From: an uncultured Planctomycetaceae bacterium
Lineage (GTDB): Bacteria > Planctomycetota > Planctomycetia > Planctomycetales > Planctomycetaceae
Direction: 5' to 3'
DNA: 64,000 bases
NCBI GenBank assembly: GCA_963813715.1
Contig: CAWFAK010000014.1
Coordinates: forward strand, 32,001-96,000
This document shows, in pieces, positions 43,298 to 55,059 of the stretch; position 1 is the first letter of the stretch; every line of letters starts with the position of its first letter. The position numbers and the translations under genes were made by a program. The notes below the pieces were generated by a model. It had not been told where the DNA came from. It worked only from the letters and a program-made list of their open reading frames with translations, and ran no database searches.

Positions 43298-45287
43298 ATG
43301 TTTCACCCAACCACAACCCAAATCGCTGCCCCGCGCCGTCGTCTGATAAATCTGTTCGCCGCCTTGAGCGTGCTCTGCGCGAGCATGCTCGTTGCCGTTC
43401 GCGCTCAGGCCGACGAAGCGGCCTTCAAGATCAAGCGGACGATCAAGCTCGATTCCGTGGGCAACGCCGACATCCGCCTGCAGGTGGCCGCTCCGACGAA
43501 TCTGTATACGGCGATCAAGACCAAGACGCCGAACATTGCCGTGCTGCTGCGGAAGCTGGGCGCCGGCCGCGAGTGGGCCGTCCTGGAGAACGTCGACGGT
43601 TCGTTCAACGACATGCAGAGCACGATCGACATCCACTTCACCCAGCGCGGGCTGGCCCGCGTCGAGAGCGGCCGCCAGTGGTCGATTCCCTTCGTCCCGG
43701 GCTCGATGCCCGAACTGGTCGACATCCACGACACCACGGCCATCTACGAAGAGGCCTCGAGCAGCCCGCTCGGTCTGGCCACGATGATCATCCGCGTCGA
43801 ATGTCCCGCCGGCAGCAGCAACCTCAAGCACGATGGCGCCGCCCGCACTTTCTCGTATGAATACGAGCCGAAGGTCGCCGGGCAGGGCAATGCCGACGCA
43901 AAGTTCAACGTCGACCACAAAGACGCCATCATGAGCTGCCTGGCGAAGTGCTACAGCAACGAGAACTTTGCCATGCTGTGGGCGGCCCGCGGCCGGTTCG
44001 ACAACACGGGCTCGGCCACGCTCTCCGACTATCGTGTGCGATTCCGCATCGCCGGCTTCACCGCGTGGAGCCCCTGGCACCACACGAGCAAGGTTTACCC
44101 GGGCCAGGTCGTCGTCGACCCGTTCTATCCGGTGTTCGATTTCGACAAGCTCAACGGCGTCACCGGTCCGCGTCCGGCCCTGCTCGAGACCGAATACGAG
44201 TACACGCGGCCCAACGGCCAGAAGGTCGCCGAGAGCGATTCGCGCAAGCTCGACATCCTCGGCTACAACCAGACGATCTTCAGCGGTCTGCCTCTCTCGG
44301 ACATCATGTCGCTGGCCGACCGCCTGGAATATATGCCGATCGTGCTGGCCTCGTTCACGACTCCGAATGATTCGGTGATCCAGGAGCTGGCCGGCCGCGT
44401 GAGCGGCAAGGCGGGCGGAGCGGCAGCCGCGTTCAATAATGCCGACGCCGTGAAGTTCCTGCACTCGCTCTACGACTCGCTGTGTGAGAATCGCATCGCC
44501 TACCAGTCGCCACCGTCGTTCGTGAACGGAGCCGCAGTTCGGCCAGCACATCAAGCTGGGCCGCGACGTGCTGCGGAATCATGCCGGAACGTGCATCGAT
44601 CTGGCCATTCTTTGGGCCAGCACGTGCGAGGCGGTCGGTCTCAAGCCCGTGCTGATCGTGATTCCGGGGCACTGCTTCCCAGCCGTGTATCTGCCGGAGG
44701 GGCAGCTCGTGGCGATCGAAGCCACCGGCGTCGGCAAGTGCAATTTCGAGAAGGCCCTGGAGATCGGCAACGAGGAATTGCAGCGGGCACGGCAGAGCGA
44801 ATCGATTCAGGTTGACGTTATGGCCCAGCGGAAAGCGGGCGTCCAAAGCCTCGACCTGCCGACCGCCTCGCCGACCTTCCTCACCGACATGGGCTACCAT
44901 TTCGACGCCACGTCGCGGACGACCACGCAGCAGCAGGCCGCCCAGCAGCAAACCGATGAGGCGGACGACAGCCGGTCCACCGCGGCGACGCCGTCGGTCG
45001 TGGGAGTCTGGGGTTTCACAGGTCAGCTGCCGGTGGGCAACGTCGACGTCGGCCTGGCCCTCACCGCCCAGGGCAAGATGGCCTTCGTGATCATCAGCAA
45101 GGGGCCCAATGGCCAACAATCGGTGAAGAGCGTTGGACACTGGCAGGCGAGCGGCAACATGCTCGTCCTCACCGACGAGAACATGACTCAGCGGTTCCAG
45201 TACCAGCTCCAGGGGGATCAGTTGTCCGTCTACTTCCCCGGCCTGCAATCGTGGGTCAACTTCCGTCGGGTTCAGTCCAACTCCTGA
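43298..45287 (+). CDS. Secreted protein with a transglutaminase/papain-like Cys-His domain; frameshift near 44535
   Basis: Signal peptide; QHIKLGRDVLRNHAGTCIDLAIL...IPGHCFP...IEAT. Confidence 0.7.
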
Positions 45288-45328
45288 TTGGCTCCTCCGG
45301 CTTGGTGCCGTTGTCGTTCCACACGCCA

Positions 45329-45368
45329 GCCGCCCATCAAGTTCGCTTGGTGGGCGGTTTGGCGTTTT
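45329..45368 (+). terminator. Rho-independent terminator
   Basis: GCCGCCCATCAA-loop-TTGGTGGGCGGT followed by T-rich sequence. Confidence 0.55.
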
Positions 45369-45520
45369 GTGTCGTGACAACCGCGTAACGCCGCTCGGTG
45401 CCCGGCGGGGATCGCTTTGAAATCACGGACGCGGCCGCTAGCTTTGTGGAAGCTGTCGTGCGGTTCGCGTTGTCGCTCGGCTGCTCCTGCCTCATTCCTG
45501 CCGTTTCCTCGAGGTTGTTG

Positions 45521-48500
45521 ATGCCTGCCAGAATCAGTCGGTATGTCGCGTGCCTTTGGATCAAACTCGTGCCGGCGGCTCTTTTAGTTGCGGGCATCGT
45601 GTTGCCTGGCCGAGCGGACGATCATTCCGGCCCGAACGCAGGCACTCAAACACCGCCACTCACACCGCCCGAACAGGCGGCGGCCGACATCACCGCTCCG
45701 CCCGGCTTTCATGTGTCGCTCTTCGCCTCGGAGCCCGTCATCCGCCAGCCGATCGGAATGGCGACCGACGCCCGCGGCCGCTTGTGGGTGGCGGAGAATA
45801 ACACCTACTCCGACGCCAAAACGAATTTCGACCTGACGAAGCACGATCGGATCGTGATCCTTGAAGACACCGACCACGACGGCCGAGCCGATCGCCACAC
45901 GGTCTTTTGGGACCGGGCCCAAAAGCTCACCAGCGTCGAGCCGGGCTTCGGCGGCGTCTGGGCGCTCTGTCCCCCCAAACTCTTGTTCATCCCCGATCGC
46001 AACGGCGACGACATCCCCGACGGCGAGCCGCAGGTCGTGCTCGACGGCTGGGACGACGGCGTCGTGCGGCACAACATCGCCAACGGTCTCCGCTGGGGGC
46101 CGGACGGCTGGCTCTATGGCCGGCACGGCATTCAGGCCACTTCGTACGTCGGTCCTCCCGGCTCGCTTCCGGCTCAGCGTACGCCGCTCAACTGCTGCAT
46201 CTGGCGGTACCATCCGACGCGAAAGATCTTCGAGGTCGTCTGCCGCGGCACCACGAACCCCTGGGGCATGGACTGGAACGAGCAGGGGGAGCTGTTCTTC
46301 ATCAATACGGTGATCGGCCACCTCTGGCACGCCGTGCCCGGCGCCCACTTCCAGCGGATGTACGGCGAGGACGACAACCCGCACGTCTACGAGCTGCTCG
46401 GGCAGACGGCCGACCACTTCCATTGGGACACGGCCGAGCACTGGAGCGATATCCGCAAGATCGGCGTCTCGCGGACGACCGACCAGGCGGGCGGCGGACA
46501 CGCTCACGCCGGGCTGCTGATCTATCAAGGCGACAACTGGCCCGATCGCTACCGCAACACCGTGTTCACGATCAACTTCCACGGCCGACGCCTCAACAAC
46601 GACCGGCTCGAACGACAGGGCAGCGGCTACGTCGGCCGCCACGACCCCGACTTTCTAAAGTCGTCCGATCCGTGGTTCCGCGGCCTCGAACTCTTGGCCG
46701 CGGCCGACGGCGGCGTCTACATCGCCGACTGGTCGGACGTCGGCGAATGTCACGGACACTACGGCGTGCATCTCGATTCGGGCCGGATCTACAAAGTGGT
46801 CTACGGTCAGCCGCCGCGCCCGCGGTTCGCCGACCTGGCGAAACTGAGCGACTCCCAGCTCGTCGCCCTGCAGCTCGACAACAACGACTGGTACGTCCGG
46901 CAATCGCGACGCATCCTGCAGGAGCGGGCGGCGGCCGGTCGGCCGATGCAGGCCGTGCATGCCGACCTGCACAAAATCTTCGAGACGGATCACGATCCGC
47001 TCCACGAGCTTCGCGCCATGTGGTGTCTGTACGTCACCGGTGGCGCCTCGGACGACTGGCTCCGTTCGCAGTTACATCACAGCGACGAACATGTCCGAGT
47101 GTGGGCAATCCGGCTGCTGGGCGACGGCAAGGTGCCCACGCCGCACTCTGTCCGCGACTTTGCCGCGATGGCCGCCAGCGATTCGTCCGGACTCGTCCTC
47201 TTATATCTGTCCTCCGCACTGCAAGAGTTGGCGGAGGCTGACCGCTGGCAGCTCGCCGACGCATTGGCCGCGCGGAACGACTTCGCCACCGACCGCGTCC
47301 TGCCGTTGATGGTCTGGTACGGCATTGAGCCGGCCGTCCCTGAGAATCCGGACCGCGCGATCGGGCTTGTCGAGTCGAGCCGAATGTTGCCGCTCGTTCG
47401 TTGCGTCGCCCGACGATTGACCGAGAACCTCCAACTCTCGCCCCAGCCCGTCGATAAGCTGGTGGCGGTCGCCGGCCGCACCGCGAACGCGCCGCAAACC
47501 CGGGCGATCTTGAGCGGCATGGCCGAGGCGCTGCGCGGTTGGCGGAAGGCGCCAGCGCCGCCGTCGTGGAAGTCGGCCCAGGCGAACCTTGCCTCCAGCA
47601 CCGACCGCGACGTGCAGCGTCTCGTCCGCGAATTGGGAGTCGTCTTTGGCGACGGCCGCGGCGCTGGCCGATCTGCTGCGAATTGCCGCCACCGGAGGGT
47701 CCGATCCGGCCGCGCGCCGCGACGCTCTGCGTGTGCTGGTCGAAGCGCGGGCCCCGAAGCTCGAGCCCCTGTTGTGCAAGATGCTCGATGAGCGCGATCT
47801 CGGCCCGGACGCCGCCCGCAGCCTGGCGGCCTTCGACGATCCGCAGTTGCCGCGGTTGCTCTTAGCAAAATTCGCTACCCTCAAAGAGCCGACCCGCGAC
47901 GCCGTGATTGTCACGCTGTGTGCCCGCCCCGCCTCGGCGCGGCTGCTCTTGGCCGCCGTCGGAGCCGGAGCCATTGACCGCGGTCGCATCCCCGCCTTCC
48001 AGATCCGCCAGCTGGCCGGCTTCGCCGACGCAGACATCCATCGCGAAGTCACCCGCCTCTGGCCCGAACTTAAGACGATGACCGCGGCCAAGCGGCAACG
48101 CATCGAACAGCTCAGGCGGCAACTCGCCCCGACCACGCTCGCGAGCGCCAACCGCGTGCAGGGCCGCCGCCGCTTCACGCAAACTTGTGCCACGTGCCAC
48201 ACGCTGTTCGGGCAGGGGGGCAAAATCGGTCCCGACCTGACCGGCTCGCAACGGGCGAATCTCGATTACCTGCTCGACAACATCGTCGATCCCTCGGCCG
48301 TGGTCGCGCCGGCGTACCGGATGTCGACCATTGCTCTCAACGACGGCCGCGTGCTCAGCGGCATCGTCTTCGACCAACCCGGTCCCACGCTGGCGATCCA
48401 AACTCCCACGGAGCGACTCACCATCAATCGGGCCGACATCGACCAAATCCGCAAATCTGAGCTTTCACTCATGCCCGACGGCCTGCTCGATGTGCTGCCG

Positions 48501-48611
48501 GAAAAAGAGATCCGCGACCTCATCGCCTACCTGATGTCGCCGCAACAAATCTCCCTTCCGACGACACCCGCACCGCAGGGTGAACCGAGCGCCTCCCGCA
48601 CCTCGCCTTAA
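45521..48611 (+). CDS. PVC-type membrane-bound dehydrogenase-like protein with HEAT repeats and CxxCH heme domain; frameshift near 47660
   Basis: FASEP...RGRLWVAE, WGPDGWLY, GTTNPWG, CATCH, IGPDLTG and SLMPDGL. Confidence 0.9.
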
Positions 48612-48660
48612 CCAGCCCGCGCGGCACCCCCTCCCATTCCGATGGATGGGCGCCGCAGCA

Positions 48661-48747
48661 CCAAAGCCCGAAAGCCCGAAGGAATGCTGTCGTCCTTCGG
48701 GTTTCGATCATTCGGTCATTCCTTCGTCATTCGAGCTTCGGCATTCA
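48661..48747. repeat. Short-subunit inverted repeat element
   Basis: AAAGCCCGAAAGCCCGAAGG...CCTTCGGGTTTCG followed by TCATTC iterations. Confidence 0.5.
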
Positions 48748-48792
48748 AACGCCTCACTTGCTCAGATCACTGATCCCAAGCCGCCGGCTGGC

Positions 48793-49326
48793 TCACTTCG
48801 CCGGCTTCGCCGCCGGGACCGCCCGTAGCGTCTTCAGTTCGCTGTCACACAGATCGATCTCGGTGGGCTGGCCGTGGAAGACCTTCTGCGAGAGTTCCTC
48901 CGCCGCATCGTGCCGACCGAAGCGGCATAGGCCTCGTCCTTCTCGAAGCCGGGCTTCACCGGGAAGCGGACTTGCAGGGTTTGCCCCTCCTTCGTGAGCT
49001 GCACGGAAAGCTGCCGGCCGTCGAAGAACTTTGCCTGCACGAGGTAATCGCCCAGGGCCTGGGCGTCGGCCTTCGAGACAGCCGTCGTGTAGTAGAGGTC
49101 GGCCTGGTTCACTTTCAACACCGCGCCGTACTTGGTTGCCCCCGTCAACAGCACCAGCCCGTTGCACAGCTTGGCCACGCCGATCACCGCGAAGCACAGG
49201 CCAAACGCAATTCGGTACCACCGGCTCTCATACCAATGCCGGGCACCCGACGCGGGCTGGCCGCTCGACTTGGGCGACTTGAACGGGAACCTCGAACGTT
49301 TCGACATCAAGGGCTTGGCTCGACAT
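48793..49326 (-). CDS. Hypothetical membrane-anchored protein; two apparent frameshifts
   Basis: AAGGA RBS, ATG at 49326, TM segment WYRIAFGLCFAVIGVAKL, then LYYTTAVSKADAQALGDYL...FFDG. Confidence 0.65.
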
Positions 49327-49380
49327 GGCTTATCCTTTCTCGCGTGCGGATCGTCGGTTTGGCTTGGTTTCCTGTGGACA

Positions 49381-49413
49381 AACCCAATACCGACGGGCCC
49401 GCCGCCTGTGACA
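49381..49413 (-). promoter_or_regulatory. Putative ECF promoter, copy 2
   Basis: The minus strand reads TGTCACA-N14-CGGTATTGGGTT, 54 bp upstream of the ATG at 49326. Confidence 0.7.
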
Positions 49414-49607
49414 GCCGCGACAAAGATTTTTCAAGGGGGGACCGCCTAAAGTCTTAAGCGGCATGGGTTGCAATCTGTTACGCCGATTTCTGGAGTTCAC
49501 CAGGAGCGACCCTGCTAAGTCCTTGACATTGCAACGCCGTAAGCTGAACCTATTAGCCGGCGACCCCTCCCGCCGAGAAACGACCTCATCTCAAGACGAA
49601 TGAGGAG

Positions 49608-50833
49608 ATGCCAATGGTGGCGCAACCTTGGCTCCGAGGGGTACGCGCGCGGCAACGTTCGAACGCGTCGCCGCTGCGGAGTCGTCGGGCCTTTACGCTG
49701 ATCGAGTTGCTCGTCGTCATCGGGATCATTGGAGTGCTGGCGGCACTCCTGCTTCCCGCAGTGCAAAGAGGCGCGAGGCGGCCCGTCGCACGCAGTGCAC
49801 GAACAATCTCAAGCAACTCGCCCTGGCTTGCCAGAACTTTCACGATGTGAATGGCTGCTTCCCGCCGGGCGATCAAGATCTGTGGTTCAACTACTCGGAC
49901 GACGCGAAGCCCCCGCTCGGCTCTCCGCCCGACTATGCATTTTGGGATCCGTCCGAGGGCTCGCAGCTGAACATCGTGGCGACCTTCCCGCCGTTCTCGC
50001 TCACCGTTCCGAATCAATTCGTCCAAAACGGCGGGCAGTGGACTCGCGTCGCCAGCAGCAACGGCGGTGTCCCTTCGCTGACTCTCTCGCAGTACACAAT
50101 TGCGGCACCCTGGGGCTGGCAGAGCTACATCTTGCCGCAGATCGAGCAGAGCACTATCACGATCGACCGCTCGACCGCGAACAATTGGGAAGTCGTCTAC
50201 GTCGTCAACCTCCACAGTTTCAACAATTGGAACAAGATTTCGGACATCAACCAGCAGATGATGCGCGTGCCGATCCCCACGCTCATCTGTCCCAGCGCCC
50301 AACTGCCGTCGACGCGGCCGGCCGGCTATGCCTTTTCGACCTATCGCGGCGTGGCCGGCGCCCAGCCGTATCCCGACCTCGTCAACAACCCCGATCCGCA
50401 AGGCGATCCCGGCTACGTCGCCGACGCCGGCAATCTGCAGTGGATCACCAACGGCGTGCTCTACCCGTCGAGCAAAACCCGCCTTCAGGACATTTTGGAC
50501 GGCACCTCGAACACGCTCTTGATGGGCGACGGCGGCTTCGGCTTGTGGGGCGACGGCGCGAGCTGCTGCGCCCGCTTCCGCAACGACATGCCCAGCCCGC
50601 AAGGCTACCCTGCCGACTTCGACACCACCTGGACCGGCACCACCATGCCGGCCCCCATCACCAAGGCGACCTCCACCATCAGGTTTTTTGGCTTCGGCAG
50701 CGCCCACGACCAGGCCGTGATCTTCGCCCTGTGCGACGGCTCGGTCCGCCAAATCAGCAAAGTGATCGACCGCAGCCTGATCCGCCTCTTAGCCATGAAA
50801 GCCGACGGCGCCCCGATCCCGACCGAATACTGA
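49608..50833 (+). CDS. DUF1559 prepilin-type N-terminal cleavage protein; frameshift near 49768
   Basis: [45 protein letters not shown], and H-X9-DG ([12 protein letters not shown]). Confidence 0.92.
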
Positions 50834-50857
50834 ACCCTCAGCCGGCTCGACTCTTTT

Positions 50858-50970
50858 CCGAAGCCCCAACGGGGCGAGACAGCTATAGCCCGGGTCGGAG
50901 CCCACGCAGGCCCGGGACACGAGACGCCACCCAACAAAAAACCCTCTCCCATTCGGATGGGAGAGGGCAG
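50858..50970 (+). repeat. REP-like direct repeat left of the Fic/HTH pair
   Basis: CCGAAGCCCCAACGGGGCGAGACA...AGCCCGGGTCGGAGC.CACGCAGGCCCGGGA...ACCCTCTCCCATT matches 52327-52446. Confidence 0.8.
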
Positions 50971-51076
50971 CCTGCGACGAGCCAGTCGAGTCCGGTGAGG
51001 GCCGGTTTTCGCCGCGCGCTCTGCCGCCTCCTGCTAAATTGACGATGATGATCATGATCATCGTCGTCGGCAGATT

Positions 51077-51689
51077 CTAGTCGTTGACGAAGTACCGCGC
51101 CTGCAGCGACATCAAAGCCCCGTAGCTGCCGTTGTCCGCTTCTTTAAGCGCCGCGAGATACTCATCTCGAATCGTGCTCTCCTGCCCGATCGAGGAATCT
51201 GGCCAGGCGATGTATGGCTCGCCGGCACGACGAAGCCAAATGTTCGCCAGCAGTCGAGACCATCGGCCATTTCCGTTCTCGAAGGGATGGATCGCCACGG
51301 CTTGATGGTGAAGCATGGCCGCTTGCTCGCGGAGCGCAATGTGGAATTCGTCGCTCCAGCTTTTCAGACTCCCGAGAAGATGCGCCGATCTTTTCTGGAA
51401 TCAGGTGGGGAGCACAACCCAGGTTCAGTTGCGTCTGCCTCTGTATTCCGGCCCACTTCCAGACGTCGCCAAACATTTCGCGGTGCAGGCCGAACACCCA
51501 GCCGTACGTGAAGGGCGCGTTTTTCTCGGTCGGACGGCCACCGAGGTACTTCAGTGTTGGCTTCCGAATGTTCTCCGCTTCGACAATGTTGAGCTGACCG
51601 CGGCTCCTGACGCTCTTGATCTTGAGACCCGACGGATCGATTGGAGTTTCGCCAGGAATCGGCTTCCATTCAGACTTGTCGTCAGTCAT
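51077..51689 (-). CDS. Fic-domain protein (mobile mystery protein B-like); frameshift near 51375
   Basis: PGETPIDP, LHREMFGDVWKWAG and Fic motif HPFENGNGRWSR. Confidence 0.88.
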
Positions 51690-52092
51690 CCCAAAGCCTT
51701 CTCGGCGGTCCCGCCAGAAGTTCGCTGACGGTTTGTTCGAGCATGTCGTTGAGAGTGCCTTGCTCGACGGCCTGGGATTCGAGTCCCATCGTTCCCTGAA
51801 CAAGTCCGACGATCCGGCTGGCTTTCTTAACCGCCTGCTCGCGTCGAAATTCGTGAGCGCTCTTGAGTTCCGTGACGCTTGTGGTCGCGCCGAGGTTGAC
51901 CTGCACGCCGAGCGCGGCGGCAATCGCACCGAGATTCGAGATTCTCGGGCTCTCCTCTCTGCCGGCAAGGATTCTTTCAACCGTTGCCGGGGCAACGCGA
52001 GCCCGCTTGGCGACCGCGCTTTTGCTCATTCCCAGCCGGTGACGGCGAAACTCGAGTTGATTGACCCAATCGGGTTTGTTTGCCGCAATCAT
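51682..52092 (-). CDS. XRE-family HTH protein (mobile mystery protein A-like)
   Basis: RRHRLGMSKSAVAKRARVAPATVERIL, GTMGLESQ and C-terminal RRLWDD. Overlaps the Fic start. Confidence 0.85.
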   Translation of the reverse strand: MIAANKPDWVNQLEFRRHRLGMSKSAVAKRARVAPATVERILAGREESPRISNLGAIAAALGVQVNLGATTSVTELKSAHEFRREQAVKKASRIVGLVQGTMGLESQAVEQGTLNDMLEQTVSELLAGPPRRLWDD

Positions 52093-52139
52093 CGCCGAGT
52101 CCCAAAAAATCTATCAATTACGATCGATTTAATCATGTT

Positions 52140-52155
52140 TCATAATCGATTATGA
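52140..52155. promoter_or_regulatory. Perfect 16-bp palindrome, candidate operator
   Basis: TCATAATCGATTATGA in the AT-rich region upstream of the HTH gene. Confidence 0.55.
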
Positions 52156-52326
52156 TCAGTTTTAAAATAAAAATCAAATCATTTTTGATCACAAATTGTT
52201 AGAAATGCCGATTTTTTGTGCCAACCTCGTCGCGATGAGAAAAGTCGTTGGGTTGAGCGACGAATTCAAAGCCGTCCCGAGACGCTGGGGCGCCATTCGC
52301 CTGCGGAGCCCCGCCGCCATTCCTTT

Positions 52327-52446
52327 CCGAAGTCCCAACGGGGCGAGACAACTCAGCCCGGGTCGGAGCGCACGCAGGCCCGGGATCCGAGGCCACCCAC
52401 CACAGACCCTCTCCCATTCCCGATGGGATAGGGCAGGGTGAGGGCG
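52327..52446 (+). repeat. REP-like direct repeat right of the Fic/HTH pair
   Basis: Homologous to 50858-50970. Confidence 0.8.
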
Positions 52447-52512
52447 TATCTTCCTAATCCGGGGTGGCACTGGCGGCTCGTCCGCCAGTGTCTTGTGTTT
52501 CTCGGGGCCCGT

Positions 52513-52794
52513 TTATCGCGACCAGGCAAACGCCAACCGCATCAGCACCCCGACGACGATCATCGCCGTGCAGACCAGCCCCCACAAACTCGCCCGGCGG
52601 ATGAACCATCGCGGCATCAGCCGGAGAGTCAGAGCGAAAGCCGCCAGGCCGGCCAATCCACCCACCGCCCGCATCCAAAGCACGTCCCCAAGCTGCGGCC
52701 AAAACGTCTCCAGGACGGCTTCGCTGGCACACACTCCCAGAATGAAGCAGAACAACCCTGCCCACAGAACGAAGTAAAGCGTGCCGAGCCGCAT
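52513..52794 (-). CDS. Small 3-TM hypothetical protein
   Basis: 93-aa ORF with three hydrophobic segments. Confidence 0.5.
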   Translation of the reverse strand: MRLGTLYFVLWAGLFCFILGVCASEAVLETFWPQLGDVLWMRAVGGLAGLAAFALTLRLMPRWFIRRASLWGLVCTAMIVVGVLMRLAFAWSR

Positions 52795-52900
52795 GGTTCA
52801 CCTTAGGCGGTGATGTTTGCCGAGCTCATTTTAACAATGGGCATGCTTGGATGAACTTGGCAGTCTGTGTGGACCTGAGCCACCGGGGTCGTTCGCGGAG

Positions 52901-52948
52901 TGCCATGCCCACGGCTTCGAGTGCCGAGCCGTCGGCATGCCACCGGGT
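52901..52948. repeat. REP-like palindrome (GCCATGCCCACGG family)
   Basis: TGCCATGCCCACGGCT...GCCGTCGGCATGCCACC; related copies at 54375, 54786 and 54890-55086. Confidence 0.7.
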
Positions 52949-53048
52949 CGGCCTACTGCAACATTGAATTCGGAGCACCAATGCATTCTACTCAATCCCG
53001 CCATGTCATTGCCGCGCGTGCGTCCATGCAACTAGCGAGGAGATAAGC

Positions 53049-53396
53049 ATGCCTAATTCAACCGCTAACGAGCCGGGCAAACAACAGGAGCCAACCGACG
53101 TAGTTGAGGTTTATATAACTGAGTTGGCACGGATTGCTAAGACATACGGAAATGAAACGACGAGAGACGGTCGATCGTATCTCCGTTCGGAGCTGAAGAA
53201 GGAGGTAAGCAGCCGGGCCTCCGAGCGCCCGCGCGCTGGACGAGGCAGCAATTCCAGACGAGGTTCAAAAATTGGTGAACTACGCCCACTCTATCGAAGC
53301 ATTTGGTGCAGATCGCAAGAAATTTGGGTATGTCGTCTTCCGGTCGGTCGTAGCATCTACGACGTCATCATGCCGAAAAAGGAGATTGCCTCATAA
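53049..53396 (+). CDS. Hypothetical protein, probably frameshifted or fragmentary
   Basis: Strong RBS (GAGGAG) before the ATG, lower GC, no recognisable motif. Confidence 0.35.
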   Translation: MPNSTANEPGKQQEPTDVVEVYITELARIAKTYGNETTRDGRSYLRSELKKEVSSRASERPRAGRGSNSRRGSKIGELRPLYRSIWCRSQEIWVCRLPVGRSIYDVIMPKKEIAS

Positions 53397-53564
53397 AACC
53401 ATTCTGCTAGCTTCGGTTTGGTCGCACGCGGCGACTTTGAAACCCCCCTTGCCGCGTGAAGCGCGCAGCAGCGGATCATCTAGCAGCGGTGCAGTTCGTC
53501 GATCGGCAGAGACTCGTTTCCGCGCGAAGGCCGGAATCACGTTTTCAGGTCCGGAACTCCAGTC

Positions 53565-53934
53565 ATGGCAACCAAACCCACGCACATTCAAGACCTAGAC
53601 GACTTTTACGACTACCTTAAACATTTGACGACGCTTGCCACCGGGTTGATTGCATTGGTAGTCACGTTTCGCGAGAAGTTTGCCTCGAAAGGCGAGGGCA
53701 CTTCCCTGTTGCTCTGGGCAATAGCATTGCTGTCGCGTGCGTCGTATTGTCAGTCGTCTGTATGTTCTTACATTGATCGATCGGACATCGCACGCGAATA
53801 CGGCGACAAAGACGATGGCGGGAATCACGTTTTTTGCATGCGCCGTCATGTTTGCCGCAGGACTCATCTGCTTGGGGATCTATGCGGAGCTGTCGCTCGC
53901 CAACGGGGTGCCGCTTCCACGAGCAGCCCCCTAG
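53565..53934 (+). CDS. Small membrane protein; frameshift near 53735
   Basis: YDYLKHLTTLATGLIALVVTF joined to AGITFFACAVMFAAGLICLGIYA (about 3 TM). Confidence 0.5.
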
Positions 53935-53939
53935 ATTCT

Positions 53940-54310
53940 TTAGAAGGGCTCTTTAGGAGTATCTTCCGAGTCCCGGTGATTCCGAATGAATCCGTGGCCC
54001 TTTGTCGATCCGGCCGCGTGGCAGGATGCACCGGCGGAGAAACGGGGCTGGAATTGCTCGGAAGCGATTCGATTGCTGCTAGGACGCCGTCGCGAGAAAT
54101 CCGCCCAGCCGCCAGTGCATCCACGGGACACGGAACCGCCCAGCGGTCGCTCAAGCGTCTTTAGCGGCTCGTCGACTTCCGGCTGGAACATGATCTGATA
54201 AAACTCTGCGGCCAGGCTCTCGATTTCCACTTGCATCTTGGTGGGGAAGGACGACCAGTATTTGTGTCCGGCGCCTTCCCGTAGGATGGCCCTCGCACTG
54301 ATCGCGATCG
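53940..54310 (-). pseudogene. Internal fragment resembling DUF262/HNH (GmrSD-like) proteins
   Basis: ARAILREGAGHKYWSSF...EIESLA..FYQIMFQPEVDEPLKTL..PLGG resembles this family from recall. There is no proper start. Confidence 0.35.
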
Positions 54311-54430
54311 GCTTGTTCGCCGGAGCTCGGACCGAGGCAGCCGCGACCGGCCGCTGCGTTTCAAGACCCCAACGCCGGGTGCCATGCCCACGGCTCGGCG
54401 TGTGCACTCCACCCAGCCGCGTTTTCTGCT

Positions 54431-54488
54431 GTGGTCAAAGACTTGTGTGGTCAACTACCTAATGAAAGTAGGTGACCACACCACACCC
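54431..54488. promoter_or_regulatory. Iteron-like inverted repeat cluster, copy B
   Basis: GTGGTCAA...GTGGTCAACTACCTAATGAAAGTAGGTGACCAC, immediately after the stop of the 54497 fragment. Confidence 0.55.
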
Positions 54489-54496
54489 CTTTTGGG

Positions 54497-54786
54497 TTAC
54501 GTTCCGTTAACGTCGGCCTCGGGAGCGGACGGGACGGGGTCATTCGAGTTCAGCCATTCCTTGAACTTCGGGCTCAGGCAGTACGTCATCTCGATTCTGT
54601 TGTTGTGGGGATGTGGGTAACGGTTGATCGCTCCGTTGTTGAGCAGGTTGGCGAGGACTCGATTCATCCGGACGCCGTTGATCCCCAATGCGTCGCGGAG
54701 ATATTTCGCGCTGATGGACAGGGAGCATGGGTCAGCGCGCTTAGCGTTCGGTCCCGGTCGCGCCTTGAAAACAACGGAAGTGCGCC
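54497..54786 (-). pseudogene. Truncated paralog of the C-terminal wHTH-like domain of the AAA gene
   Basis: SVVF.RDRDRTLSAL...ISAKYLRDALGINGVRMNRVLANL aligns with SVVFERDLHRTLALL...VSATYLRELLSLNGQRMKRVLAQL. Confidence 0.75.
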
Positions 54787-54908
54787 GGGTGCCATGCCCA
54801 CGGCTTTTGAGTGGGCATGTCCGAGTAAGTGGTGCCATCCCTCAGCCTCGATCAATCATCCTGTTTGCCACGTACGCTCGAGGTCGAAGACATGCCCACG
54901 CCGGCCGT

Positions 54909-55059
54909 GACGACCGTCCGGGAATTCGCGGCTACAAACTCTGGGAAAATCGAGGTTCGACGGATATGGACTTACGGCGAATCTGGACGTCGATTCTGAG
55001 CAGTCGTAAATCCCCTATTTTCCACGGCAATTGCTCCGCCTGAATTACCGGACGGTCTC
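54909..55059. mobile_element. 151-bp MITE inserted in a REP hairpin
   Basis: TIRs GA(C)GACCGTCCGGGAATTC and GAATTACCGGACGGTCTC; flanking duplication ACGCCGG(G)CCGT at 54898-54908 and 55060-55071. Confidence 0.8.
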
